Below the pieces are notes generated by a model, which made no database searches, was not told the origin of the DNA, and saw only the letters and a program-made list of their open reading frames with translations. The translations under genes and the position numbers were made by a program. From Octopus sinensis (taxonomy: Eukaryota): a DNA stretch of 64,000 bases. This document shows positions 12,386 to 25,697 of the stretch, one piece after another (the stretch's first letter is position 1; each line of letters opens with the position of its first letter). The stretch spans positions 18,352,001 through 18,416,000 of the forward strand of contig NC_043013.1 of NCBI RefSeq assembly GCF_006345805.1, read 5' to 3'.

Positions 12386-12802
12386 TAAATAAAAAAAATT
12401 TACAAATTATCTATTTGGGTGCTGTAAATACGTTTTTTAATGTTTTAACTCCAAGCTTTAGGGTTCTCTGAGTTAAAGGGACCTCAAATGCTGGGAGAGT
12501 CTCTGGGTTTTGGCCCATACATAAATCCCGCCCTGCCCAAGCCTGTTCAATTCCTTGAATCAGTTATTCTTACTCACCTCAAAAACAAAAGAAAAAATGA
12601 AGAAAATAGTAAAATCAATACTAAATCCATCCCTAGAACCTGTATGTGCGCCCCTCCAACTATTACCTAAGTTTTTATTACAGGTATCAATCAGTAAAAG
12701 TTCAATTTAGGTATTAACGATATTATACTACTCGAGGAGGGACTTTTAAAAGACTAACGGCGCCCATTCCTCCACAAACACATAAAAATATATAAAAGTG
12801 TC

Positions 12803-13135
12803 ACTTGGGCAAGTGTCTTCTACTATAGCCTCGGGTCGACCAATGCCTTGTGAGTAGATTTGGTAGACGGAAACTGAAAGAAGCCCGTCGTATATATGTA
12901 TATATATATATATGTATGTGTGTGTATATGTTTGTGTGTCTGTGTTTGTCCCTCCAACAGCACTTGACAACCGATGCTGGTGTGTTTACGTCCCCGTAAC
13001 TTAGCGGTTTGACAAAAGGAACCGATAGAATAAGTACTAGGCTCACAAAGAATAAGTCCTGGGGTCGATTTGCTCGACTAAAGGCGGTGCTCCAGCATGG
13101 CCGCAGTCACATGACTGAAACAAGTAAAAGAGTGA
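12803..13135 (+). mobile_element. SINE family A, 5'-truncated
   Basis: Nearly identical to 13460-13780. Confidence 0.9.
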
Positions 13136-13382
13136 AAACAAAAATTACGGTATCATAATAAATAATCCCTCATGAAAACAATTATTATAGTAAACAATTC
13201 CCTGCTAAGTGGGACTGTGTTACAGTAAACAATACTCTACGAAATTGTGTGTTCTGGTGTCACAGCAAATAATCTCCCCATGAAAGAATTGTCACGATTC
13301 CAAGGTACTTCCTCCAGTTTGTGGAATAAGTCCCAACTGCATATCTACCAATGAACCCCAATCCTCAGAACTTGCAATCAAA

Positions 13383-13806
13383 AGGCGCAGGAGTGGCTGT
13401 GTGGTAAGTAGCTTGCTTACCAACCACATGGTTCCGGGTTCAGTCCCACTGCGTGGCACCTTGGGCAAGTGTCTTCTACTATAGCCTCGGGCCGACCAAT
13501 GCCTTGTGAGTGGATTTGGTAGACGGAAACTGAAAGAAGCCCGTCATATATATATATGAGTGTGTGTGTATGTGTTTGTGTGTCTGTGTTTGTCCCCCTA
13601 GTATTCCTTGACAACCGATGCTGGTGTGTTTACCTCCCCGTAACTTAGCGGTTCGGCAAAAGAGACCGATAGAATAAGTACTGGGCTTACAAAGAATAAG
13701 TCCCGGGGTCGATTTGCTCGACTAAAGGCGGTGCTCCAGCATGGCCGCAGTCAAATGACTGAAACAAGTAAAAGAAAAGAAAAGAAAAGAAAAAAAGAAA
13801 GAAAAA
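13383..13806 (+). mobile_element. SINE family A, full length (tRNA-derived head, internal TA/TG microsatellite, A-rich tail)
   Basis: A-box-like TGGCTGTGTGG, B-box-like GGTTCAGTCCC, cttgggcaagt core, aaaag tail. Many copies in the window. Confidence 0.92.
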
Positions 13807-13820
13807 CAGCAGTAACAAAA

Positions 13821-13871
<51 letters not shown>

Positions 13872-14224
13872 GAATCAGCCAGTCATGTAAGACAGTGACT
13901 CCAAGTGGCGGTGTCACAGTTTTTTAAGTCTTCCGTGGCAAAGATATTCCTCCACTATGTAGTAGTGTTGGCGCCTGATAACCACTCAGCAATGACGTCA
14001 TGTTACATAATATGAATGAAAAAGTCGGTTAGTAAAGCCATTAAATTCAATCTTATTTGTACTTGCCTTGTTCGTAAATTCTACTGTAATCCCGCTGATT
14101 AAATGGAGATTAACCCAATATCAGCTTTTAGTGGTGTTTTTCTCGTAACTTATCTAAAAGTACAACCTAGAGAAACACCCGACTGTGTACAAGGAGAAAC
14201 AACATCACCACCACCACCATAAAT

Positions 14225-14415
14225 GGTTTCCAATTAACGCACGAGGCCAGCAGATTTTAGGCTTTTAGGTTTAGTCAATATCGTTGACGGTACCTTATTT
14301 TATCGATCCTGAAAACATGAAAGGCAAAGTTGACTTTCGCAGGATTTGAACTCAGAATATAAAGAGCTGGAGAAAATAATGCAAGGCGTTTATCCTACTC
14401 ACTTGCGGTTCTTCG
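14225..14415 (-). mobile_element. SINE family B, degenerate
   Basis: gtaccttattttatcgatcc...gaaaggcaaagttgact...atttgaactcagaa. Confidence 0.65.
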
Positions 14416-16337
14416 ACCACAAGAACTCAAGACGTTATGGACAGTACAAAGACGATATACAAATGACAGAAGCAAACAAGAAACTGTGGGTGCAGATTTA
14501 CTTGGGGTGGAAGAGTAAGACCATCGCCACCACCGACAATAATAACAAATGAATAACAATAGATAGAAATAACAATAAAAGAACAACATAAGAAATACCA
14601 AAATGTTTGTGTTTGTGTGTGTGTGCAGTGGTCTATTGCCATCGTCCCCCTTTTTTGTTTTTCTTCTTCTAAGCAAAACATTTCCCCCTCCAATTAACCT
14701 TTATTACCACACCTGTAGGAACTGGGCCTTCTCACCTGCCTCACCAGTCTAATAGACCACTTACCCTGTTCCTACCTGTATGGTATAACTCCATGGTAGC
14801 TTTGTTGTATTTGTGTTGAGGGATCGTCAAGACTGAAATGTACATGTACAATCATCCTGACCAATCAGTATTATGGGTCACATGGCTGCTCACCTGACCA
14901 ATCGCAGTTGTGGGCCACATGAGCGCTAACCAAATTTAGGACCAATCAAAAGTTCATGCCAGCATCAATCAAACGCTGCCTGTTTATTGCATCACCATCC
15001 AGTGAACAGACATGTCTCATGCGTTCTTTACCCGTTTTCTAGACTTATCCTATTTTGAATATTAGATAAACGATTCCATCTGGCTTCTGCTTTTCAGAGT
15101 TGCACATATCCCTTCGAACATCAATCAGAGCTTCCTCCAGGTTCTTTTTGGGAGTATGTCGAAATTTTCTTCCTCTTTCTCCTTGCTTTTTCTTGGATAA
15201 ATTCTTCAGGTAAAGAGGCACTCTCTTCTGTAACAAATCCCCTCTACATTTTTTTCTCGTATCTGGAGCTGACTCATGTTTATCACCTTCTTTACTCAGC
15301 AACACTTGAAGTAAATGTGTTATAGTTGTTGCTTTCTTTATCGCTTATATTGTTTTTTACCATTTAATTAGGTGTTTTTGTCCCTTTTACCTTTTGTATC
15401 TCCCACATTCTGATTCGAAGTGTTTCTGTTTGAAACTGTATGTGTTTAATTATCATGTATTTGTTTTGTCTTTACAGTCTGTGCTTGTATTTCCCAAAAT
15501 TCGAGGGGTGGAGACTGGATTAACTACTGCCACCACTTTGGATAGCATCTCCTCCCTTAACTACGGAGGCGATCAGTTTGGTTCGAAATAAGCAAAATGG
15601 CAGCAGCAGTAATCGTAGTACGGAGTGGTGTGCATATGTTGTAATACCGCGTTGCTGCATTCTCCACTTGTTGGAGATTTCCTACTCCTGGCGAATGATG
15701 TTTTTGCTCCACTGTGACGATGACAAAGAAGACTTTTGGGGTTTCAGTCCTGACGAAGTTTAATAACTATAACTAAATGAATAAACACTTTTCTTATGTA
15801 ACATTTTTTTTTCTGTTCTGATTGTAATTCCAGACGTTTTTCTCGCCGAGTTGATATTTATCGATTCTTTTTGTTGAGTTGATTGATCAACTGGATTACT
15901 TTCATAAAGTCACTTATGCGAAAATGTTTTCATATTTGTAAGCAAAGTTTTGAAATAAAGGTTCTTTCTATTCGTCCTTTGATAACGACACAATCCCCGC
16001 CCTCATCTCTATCACCAAGTAGCATTTATTAGAGGTGGTCGTGGTGGCATGGGGTCAGCTAAACAGAAAGACACAATAGAGGATAACGGGACATGATGGA
16101 AGGGAGAGCATGAGTAAGGTGGGGGATGGTCGTCAACGTGATTTTTCTTGCTGAGGTATATTGGATGTAATTAACGGAGTGAGGTGGGAGGAAACAGGGT
16201 GGAGAGAAAACACGAGGACGTGTTAGTGGGAGAGTGTGCGTGCGCGTACATGTATGCGTGTGTGTGTGAGAGAGAAGAGTGAGGGAGAGAGAATAAACTC
16301 CTAAACTATTCAATTGATTACTATTTTTTGGTTTAGT

Positions 16338-16562
<225 letters not shown>

Positions 16563-16705
16563 ATAGACTGACAGAATGATGTAGACGCTTCTGATAAGAA
16601 CCCAATAAGGTTCGAAAATCCTTTAAGGTTGTTCATCATTTATTCGGTCCGCAGAGATGTGGCTAAAATTTGCCCCGTTTATAATCACACACACACACAG
16701 ACACA

Positions 16706-16760
<55 letters not shown>

Positions 16761-16764
16761 ACAC

Positions 16765-17300
16765 AAAAGCGTATTGGAAAGCAATTAGAAACGAAAGATT
16801 AACACATACATACGCACATTGGTTAAGCCGAGAAACAGTGATTTTTCCTACGAAAATTCCGTCCCAAGAATATCACATCAGAACCAAATGAAGAAACGAA
16901 AATCAGAATAAATCTAACGCACCAAAGATTCGAAGCAGAGATTAACATTCTAAAATTTCGCACTCCTCGCTTTAAGGAGAAATTTGGTAAGTGTGACACT
17001 TTAATGCAAAAAGAAATCTCCGAACAAACCAACGGAAAATTATCTGAAAAGCTACTGGACTTATGGAAAAAAGACATAGAGATACAACCCCCCCCCCCAA
17101 AAAAAAAACCCAAATAAAATACTTGAGTCGAAAACTCGATGGCTACAAAACTTCGAACACAATTACGGAACAGAATTAAGGAAAACAAATAATAAAACAC
17201 AGTTCCATGAAGAGACGAACTTTGTTTACATTAACAACAGCAAAAAGAAAAATAACCTCGTCCCTACCAATTTCCCCATCAGCTCGAAAAATAATCGAAG
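16765..17300 (+). mobile_element. Decayed coding remnant resembling the N-terminal region of Penelope-like ORFs
   Basis: AYWKAIRNERLTHTYAHWLSRE, then RKFRPKNITSEPNEETKIRINLTHQRFEAEINILK...KLLDLWKK, then KTRWLQNFEHNYG, with frameshifts. Family assignment is from recalled similarity. Confidence 0.45.
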
Positions 17301-17569
17301 GGTGACAACTCCTACTTTTTCATTTCAAAAATGAGGCCCCAACAATAAAAAGATTGCTAACGTCATCATTGGAAAAACAAACGAAAACCAAGGAAACGCG
17401 ATGGTGGAAATTTATAATAATTAAACAAACTTCAGAGAAGTGGAAGTTGACATATTTATTCCATTTGTTGACAGCTGTTTCGTAATTTGTATCCAGTTAC
17501 ATCACTGACGTATTTATATATTTTGTCTGTTTGCGTGTGTCTTTCTTTTCCAATGTGTGCTCGCACGTG

Positions 17570-17971
<402 letters not shown>

Positions 17972-18011
17972 ATATATTTGTATATGCATCTTTGTTGAGT
18001 GTCTATTGAGT

Positions 18012-18405
18012 CTGTGTGGAAGCACAATGGCCCAGTGGTTAGGGTAGCAGACTCGCGGTCATAGGATCGCGGTTTCGATTCCTAGACCGTATGTTGTGAG
18101 TGTTTATTGAACGAAAGCACCTAAAGTTCCACGGGGTTCCGGCAGGGGTGGTGGCGAACCCTGCTGTATTCTTCCACCACAACTTTCTCTCACTCTTTCT
18201 TCCTGTTTCTGTTGAACCTGTATTTCGAAGGGCCAGCCCTGTCACACTCTGTGTCACGCTGAATCTCCCCGAGAACTACGTTAAGAGAACACGTTTCAGT
18301 GGAGTGCTCAGCCACTTGCACGTTAATTTCACGAGCAGGCTGTTCCGTTGATCGGATCAACCGGAACCCTAGCCCTCGTAATCGACGGAGTGCCACGAAT
18401 TGAGT
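18012..18405 (+). mobile_element. SINE family C (tRNA-derived)
   Basis: A box TGGCCCAGTGG and B box GGTTTCGATTCC. Head and body shared with 47505-47800. Confidence 0.85.
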
Positions 18406-18729
18406 CTGTGTTATGAATTTATTGAGTGTTTGTTGAGTGTCTCTGCCAGCAAATATACAAAGGCGGGACCACTAAATTCTCCAATTTGTCTCACCATTCC
18501 ACAAGCTGCGTCTAAGACGTGAAGCGACAGATTTGGTCGCTGTCTTTGCCGTTGTTACTTATCGACTTCGTTGTTGTTGTTGTCATCGTTGTTGTTGTTA
18601 TTGTCATAGTTGTTGGTGTCGTTGTCTTTGTTCCTGTTGTTGTTGTTGTTGTTGTCATCGCCGATCTTCAGGAAACCTATGATCAAAGATAATGATGAGT
18701 GTAATTATACTCGTGACATGAATTACACG

Positions 18730-19073
18730 CACAGAAACACACACACACACACACTCACGCACGCAAACACACACACACAGACACACACACTCACGCACAC
18801 ACACACACACACACTCTCACACACACACACACACGCACGCACACACACGCAAACACACACTCACACTCACACACACACACATACACACACAGATGCATAC
18901 ACACACACAGAGGCATTCACACACACACATAGGCATACGCACACACACAGAGGCATACACACACACACGCTCGCGCACACACGCACACACGCGCACACAC
19001 ACACACAAACACACAGATACACACACACAGACACACACACACACACAGACACACACACACACACACACACACG

Positions 19074-19123
<50 letters not shown>

Positions 19124-19130
19124 CACACAC
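18730..19130. repeat. Degenerate (CA)n microsatellite
   Basis: Visible. Confidence 0.95.
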
Positions 19131-19547
19131 ATTCGCTTTTTTCTCTCTTCTCATTCCAGGTTACTCAGTGCATTTATTCATTATCGAATCTGATTTCCTT
19201 TGATATGATTTTTGATTTCTGACCTTTAAATAATAAATTGGCGTTCAATACTGATTGATGTTCGATAACGATTGAGCTCCATTCGCTGGTGTTGGTGGCA
19301 GGGTGGTGAAAAGGAAGTAGAGGTATTGTAGAATGGGGCCGAGGTGGGGTACTCGTGGGTGTTCGTTATTGTAGTTGTTTGTGTGTTGGTGGTGGTTCTA
19401 CCGCAAAGTGGTGCTCCGGTATGGCCGTACTGCTATCCCTGAAATCAATAGAAAATGTGAATGAAAACAAAAGAATGAATGAAATGAAAATAATTTATGC
19501 ATATACGTGCATGCGTGTTTGTACATAGTTATATATATATATATTTA

Positions 19548-19945
19548 CTAGCAGTATAGCCCGGCGTTGCTCGGGCTTGTTTTCTTTTCGACCCTTTAGA
19601 ATTGGAATTTTTGAAAAATAAAAATTTTGCATTATGTAGCTTGTTATTCTCTTTAAGTGAATATTTTTCCGGTTGAAATACACCGAAAAATGACGACACT
19701 GCAGTCAAAAAATCGTAAAAAATAGGGATTTTCATAGAAAAAAAAGCACCTTTTGATGTAAATAATTTTTGGTGTTAACATGGTCCGATTCGAATTTTTT
19801 CTTCTACGGAAAGAAGAGCAAGCCTTCTTCTATCATACTCTCAATTTTGGTCAACTTGTGCCACAGGGTCTCGGAGGAGATAGTGTTAGTTGAAGGCTAC
19901 CAAACCTGCTATACACAGACAACTTCAGCTTTATAAATACATATA
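19548..19945 (-). mobile_element. Non-autonomous Helitron-like element
   Basis: Minus-strand 3' end gcccgagcaacgccgggc hairpin followed by CTAG|T. Same terminus as 51301-51674. Confidence 0.7.
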
Positions 19946-20038
19946 TATTAGTAAAAACGGTAATATGACAAAAGAAAGAAAGAGACCTCAATATTATGTA
20001 AATAGAGGAAATTTATCTGTAAAATAATATGTGACAAT

Positions 20039-20090
<52 letters not shown>

Positions 20091-20169
20091 GTATATATAT
20101 ATGTGTGTGTGTGTGTGTATGTATGTATATTGGTAAGTATGTGTGTGTATATGTATATATATATGTATA

Positions 20170-20246
<77 letters not shown>

Positions 20247-20431
20247 TACAAAATTAGAAAATGGAGAAACATACTTAAATCAATCAAACATCAACCAACA
20301 GATGATACCCAATCAATACTTTATTACACCATTACATAACAGTAAAGGCATTATACAAAATATATTGTAAATATAATTAGACAAGGAAATAGAAATATAA
20401 AATATAAAATATAATATGTAATTATATCATA

Positions 20432-20542
20432 TCTGACAGCTGTTTCAGCAGTAAGGGCAAGCATGCCTCATTTAACCTATAAGCCATATAAGGCAGGTAT
20501 AAATGAGACATTAACAAGGATGCCCCACGGCCTCTTCAGAGA
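20432..20542 (-). ncRNA. Type I hammerhead ribozyme, intact core, long stem II
   Basis: tct-CTGAAGA-[GGCCGTGGGGCA...TGCCCTTACTGCT]-GAAA-CAGCTG-TC-aga. Predicted GUC cleavage after position 20435. Confidence 0.75.
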
Positions 20543-20763
20543 ATTTAATTTATTATAAGTGTGAAAAAAATTTTTTTTATATACATATAAATATAAAAAT
20601 ATAAAATATAAAAACGTGTGCATACACACCCATAATACTACACACACACATATATATATATATATACTCATTAATACAATAATACAAAATAAACAAAACA
20701 AAATAAAACAAAATATATATCAATATATATTAATAAGGTGGGTTGAATTTTCAACCCCTATCT

Positions 20764-20926
<163 letters not shown>

Positions 20927-22704
20927 GAATAAGAAATAGAAAGTCCTCAGCACAGTATTATATATTTGAAAATAATGAATAGAAATGGCTTTTCTGGAAA
21001 TTTTTCCACTTTAATAATTAGATGTTTACCTCTTGTAAACTTATAAACATTTAATTATTAAAGTGGGAAAATTATCAGAAAACCCATTGCTATTCATTAT
21101 TTTCAAACACACACACACGCACATACACACACAGACACATCATACGTGCACAGACAGACAGACAGACACACAAACGCACATATATATACATATATACGTA
21201 CACAAACAAATTTTAGAAGCGCCGAGTGTGTAATATAAATTTCGAATGCAGTATAGCTGTGAAAACAGCAAAGAAAGATTTGGTATTTACCTTTGTATGT
21301 ATGTATGTATGTATGTATGTATGTATGTATGTATGTATGTATGTATGTATGTATGTATGTATGTATGTATGTATGTATGCATGCATGCATGCATGTATGT
21401 ATGTATGTATGTATGTATGTATGTATGATGTATGTATGTATGTATGTATGTATGTATGCATGCATGCATGCATGTATATATGTGCGTGTATGTGTATGTG
21501 TAGGCAAGTGTATTCTACTATAACCTCAGGTCAACCAAAGCCTTGTGAGTGGATATGGTAGATGGAAACTGAAAGAAGCCCATCATATATATACATATAT
21601 ATATATATATATCTTATGATAACAGGCAGATTTTCTCTGCCTGTTCCCATGTTTCTTTTTAATACAATTCTACAATATCGAATTTCTTCAATTGGAATTA
21701 GCCTGTTCCCATGTTTCTTTTTAATACAATTCTACAATATAGAATTTCTTCAATTGGAATTTACCTATGATTTTTCCAAGTAGATTCGATTGGGTCATGG
21801 CATGTAAAGTTTTTTCAATTTGACCCCCAATTAAGCAAAAATTCGAGAAAACTCAATATTTTACGATTTGCCTCTCTCATTTCAAGTGGTTTACTCCTGC
21901 TATTACCACTACACTTTCTCCTACTTTCTCTTTGCAAGTGTGAAACTATTAAAGGGAAAGTATTATATAACAGGGATGAGCCATTAATAGTGGTCATCCT
22001 TTTTGCTAGAGGAAGATCCGCTATGGTCTTATATGCTACACCACTGGTTTTCAATTCATATTAATCAAATTAATATTCAATTTTTCACCCTTATTATGTG
22101 TGTGTATTAGCAATTCGTATAAAATTGCATCAATGACTTGAACTTGAATAATTGGTTTCACATAAATGGGGATAAATTAAAACATTATTACTGTTTGACT
22201 ATTGTAATCACGTTTTATTATTATTACTGTTTGACTATTGTAATCACGTTTGTTGGTTCCTCGTCAGGGAAACGTTGTTGTGTTGCATTTGTTAAATAAT
22301 TGTAAACCGTAACTCTCCCCCTTTCGGAGAAGGGGCTTTGGCTATTGTTTAAAAATTGAATTGTGTTCCTGTTTGGGGAAATTGACAGTATTTTCACCGT
22401 CTTTGCGGAAGCATTTTTGTTAAAATGCCTTCGATAGAAGAAAGTCCAAAAATGAATTTCGCTGCAGCCGTACACTTCTATACAAGAGGGAGGACAAGAT
22501 CCAATTGATCGAAATTGCAAGAGACGGGCCTACAATTCCAGTCTGTTATATATTTTGAGTATTGTTATCACTAGCGATATCAAGATATAACTTTGTATTT
22601 TGTATTTTATGTGTAGATGTATATATATATATGTACATGTAATATGTACACATATATATATATACACATATATACATGCATGATGTATCTACCCATACAC
22701 ACAT

Positions 22705-22749
<45 letters not shown>

Positions 22750-22819
22750 TAGGGGCAGGTGTGGCTGTGTGGTAAAAAACTACGTTCCAAACACATGGTC
22801 CTGAGTTCAGTCCCACACA

Positions 22820-23077
22820 CCGCCTTCCACGACTATCAAATTCTTACAATTATGAGAACAATAACATGGCTCTTTTCAAGGCAACCTCGCATTCAATTCT
22901 TACACCATTCTACGAGGGGGTAGGAACCCCTTTACACGGCTTTCTATACACTTACAAATACATTCATTGGCCGTAAACTTATATCAATATTTGCCTGAAT
23001 AATCATCATAATTCAGTGCAATCATTAACAGTACTTTCAAGCAATTCAGCCCCGAGCATCGCCGGGCAATTTTGCTA

Positions 23078-23078
<1 letters not shown>
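22820..23078 (+). mobile_element. Helitron-like 3' end
   Basis: cccgagcatcgccggg hairpin (23051-23066), then CTAG|T at 23075-23079. The 5' boundary is uncertain. Confidence 0.55.
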
Positions 23079-23174
<96 letters not shown>

Positions 23175-23176
23175 AA

Positions 23177-23585
23177 TATAGGGAGAGTTTACAAAAAAAA
23201 AAACAAACAAAAGACAAAGACAGGTGGTGTACAAAACAAACAGATGTATTAGTATAACGCTCAGGAATAGAAAAAGTCTTTTACGTTTCGAGCCTATGCT
23301 CTTCTACAGAGAGGGACACAGAAAAAAACAAGGAGAGAAACAAGGAGAGAAGAAAATATATATATATATATATATATTATCGGCACTCTTCGGACGATTA
23401 CTGTCCCTGATAGTGTATAAGTTTTCATTCATGTGCGTTAACTACAGTATTAGGGTGGTTTAGCTCTTATTTCTAGTAATATAGGTGTCTCCTAATACTC
23501 TAGTCGCATTTAGTGACATTTGTAATTCTCCTTTTTGGTGAAACATTGCAAACTGTTGTTTACATTAGTCTTACACACACACACA

Positions 23586-23668
<83 letters not shown>

Positions 23669-23863
23669 CGTCCGAAGAGTGCCGATAATATATATATATA
23701 TATATATATTTTCTTCTCTCCTTGTTTTTTTCTGTGTCCCTTTCTGTAGAAGAGCGTAGGCTCGAGACGTAAAAGACTTTTTCTATTCCTGAGCATTATA
23801 CTAATATATCTGTTTGTTTTTGTACACCACCTGTCTTTGTCTTTTGTTTTTTTTGTAAACTCT

Positions 23864-23870
<7 letters not shown>
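23177..23870. mobile_element. Inverted pair of Penelope-type family P2 fragments (arms 23177-23398 and 23667-23870)
   Basis: The arms are near reverse complements. Each carries a CUGUAGA hammerhead-like motif. Confidence 0.8.
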
Positions 23871-23945
<75 letters not shown>

Positions 23946-24146
23946 CAATAAGAAAATGGAGGGGATCAATAGGTGGTTCATCAACTTTTAGACATTATAT
24001 TATGTCAACTTATTTATTTATTTACTAAAATGACAATTACAAGAAAATACATACATGTATAACATATTTACATGTAAAATATATTAATATATGAAGATAC
24101 CAGTAATTATTACAATATAACATACAAGAATATAAATTGGGAAAAT

Positions 24147-24269
24147 AACTTACAGCTGTTTCAGCCAAGAGGCAAAAATACCTCATTCTACATTTATTCT
24201 TCCAGTAGACTGAAGTAATAAGTAGATGAAATTTAGGTACTTGGGTGTTTCTCTAGGCTTCGTCAGAGA
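24147..24269 (-). ncRNA. Type I hammerhead ribozyme, intact core, long stem II
   Basis: CTGACGA-AGCC(T)AGAG...CTCT(T)GGCT-GAAA-CAGCTG-TA. Stem II extends through several further helices; stem I is weak. Confidence 0.65.
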
Positions 24270-24589
24270 TTTTATAAAGTACATATGGTTAAGTTATAAA
24301 TAAATAAATATAAATATAAAATAAATAGATACACACACACATTTACATACTTATACATATACATATGCATACATATATAAATATATATAAATACTTATGT
24401 ACACACTTAAATGTACATACATATTTATATTTATAAACATACACAATTATCAATAATTATTAATAATATTAGATGTATTATATTATTCATATTAGATAAA
24501 ATATAAACAGAGGTATGAGAAAGTTATAAGAGTAATTTTGCAATCTATAAAATCAATATATCTGAAATAAGTTATTTCAGTGTTTGGGT

Positions 24590-25206
24590 GACAATCTGAG
24601 GACATGTACCGAGAGTGATAAAAATCAAACATCCAGTCAACATCATGGTGTTTGGAGCGATCACTAGTGATGGTGATGTTATGCCTCCATTTATTTTCCC
24701 ACGCAGGGTCCTACATCATGTGCCTGGAGGAGATAGTGCTGCCTTGGGTCAAGGGGGTAAACTGCTGGAAGATCCTATGTTTGGCAACAGGACTCTGCAC
24801 CATACCACACAAGCAGGAGAACCCAGTCGAGGCTGTCAGACAATTTCTGCAACCACATCACCCCTAACATCTGGCCACCTAACTCCCCAGACTGCAACAT
24901 ATTTTATTATTATGTGTGGGGCACAGTCGAACGGGAGACCAACAAAACTCCATGTAACACCAAAGATGAACTGAAGGTAAGGATTATGACAGCATTCACC
25001 AACTTAAACAAGGAGACCGTTCAGAAGAGTTGCAGCAGATTCTGAAGTTGTCCAGAGGCCGCAGTTGAAGCCAATGGCGGTTTCATTGAATAAATTTGTT
25101 CTTTAGTATTTCAAGATATTTTTATGTAATTTTGGTAAATATATCTGTTAAAATGAGATGCCAGTGTTATTTGGATTTTTGCGTAATTTAGACAACAGTA
25201 CCCTGC
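24590..25206 (+). mobile_element. Tc1/mariner DD37D (maT-like) transposase 3' fragment with right end
   Basis: MVFGAITSDG..MPPFIF; WQQDSAPYHTSRRTQ...WPPNSPDCN..YYVWG.VER...AVEANGGFIE*. The 37-residue spacing is kept but the third Asp is mutated. Ends near accctg/TA. Confidence 0.88.
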
Positions 25207-25220
25207 ATATATATATATAT

Positions 25221-25263
<43 letters not shown>

Positions 25264-25474
25264 GTATCTGTGTGTGTGTGACTTTGTACCTGTATTTGTC
25301 TTTGATTACCTCTTAATAACCGGTGCTGGTGTATGAACACCTACGTAACTTAGAGATTCGATAAAAGAGCCCGATAGAATTAGTTGCATGTTTAAAAAAT
25401 ATAATTACTGGAGTCGATTCATTTGATTAAAATTCTTCCAAGGCCGATCCCCAGCATAGCCGCAGTCTAATGTT

Positions 25475-25513
<39 letters not shown>

Positions 25514-25519
25514 ATATAT

Positions 25520-25697
25520 ATAGTTAATCCAAACAAGCAAGAAAACACAAAAAACACAACAACGCCTCAGGAAAGAAAGGGAAGAGGAGGGTTTAACGTT
25601 TCGAGCGGAGCTCTTCGTCGGAAACATAGGAGAAGGAAAGATCCCGAGAAGGGAAGACAGAAGAAAAAAATCGCCAACGGTACACACGAGGTCACAT
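25520..25697 (-). mobile_element. Penelope-type family P1 fragment with CCGACGA hammerhead-like motif (25591-25625)
   Basis: Reverse complement of 10990-11190; the motif is identical. Confidence 0.7.

Noticed and set aside
21639-22250. 62-bp and about 35-bp local tandem duplications
   Set aside because: Ordinary slippage duplications with no further structure.
21770-22520. Possible Helitron PIF1 helicase remnant on the minus strand
   Set aside because: Only vague similarity (ILSISPN...FLNN), with no diagnostic helicase motif. It needs an HMM search.
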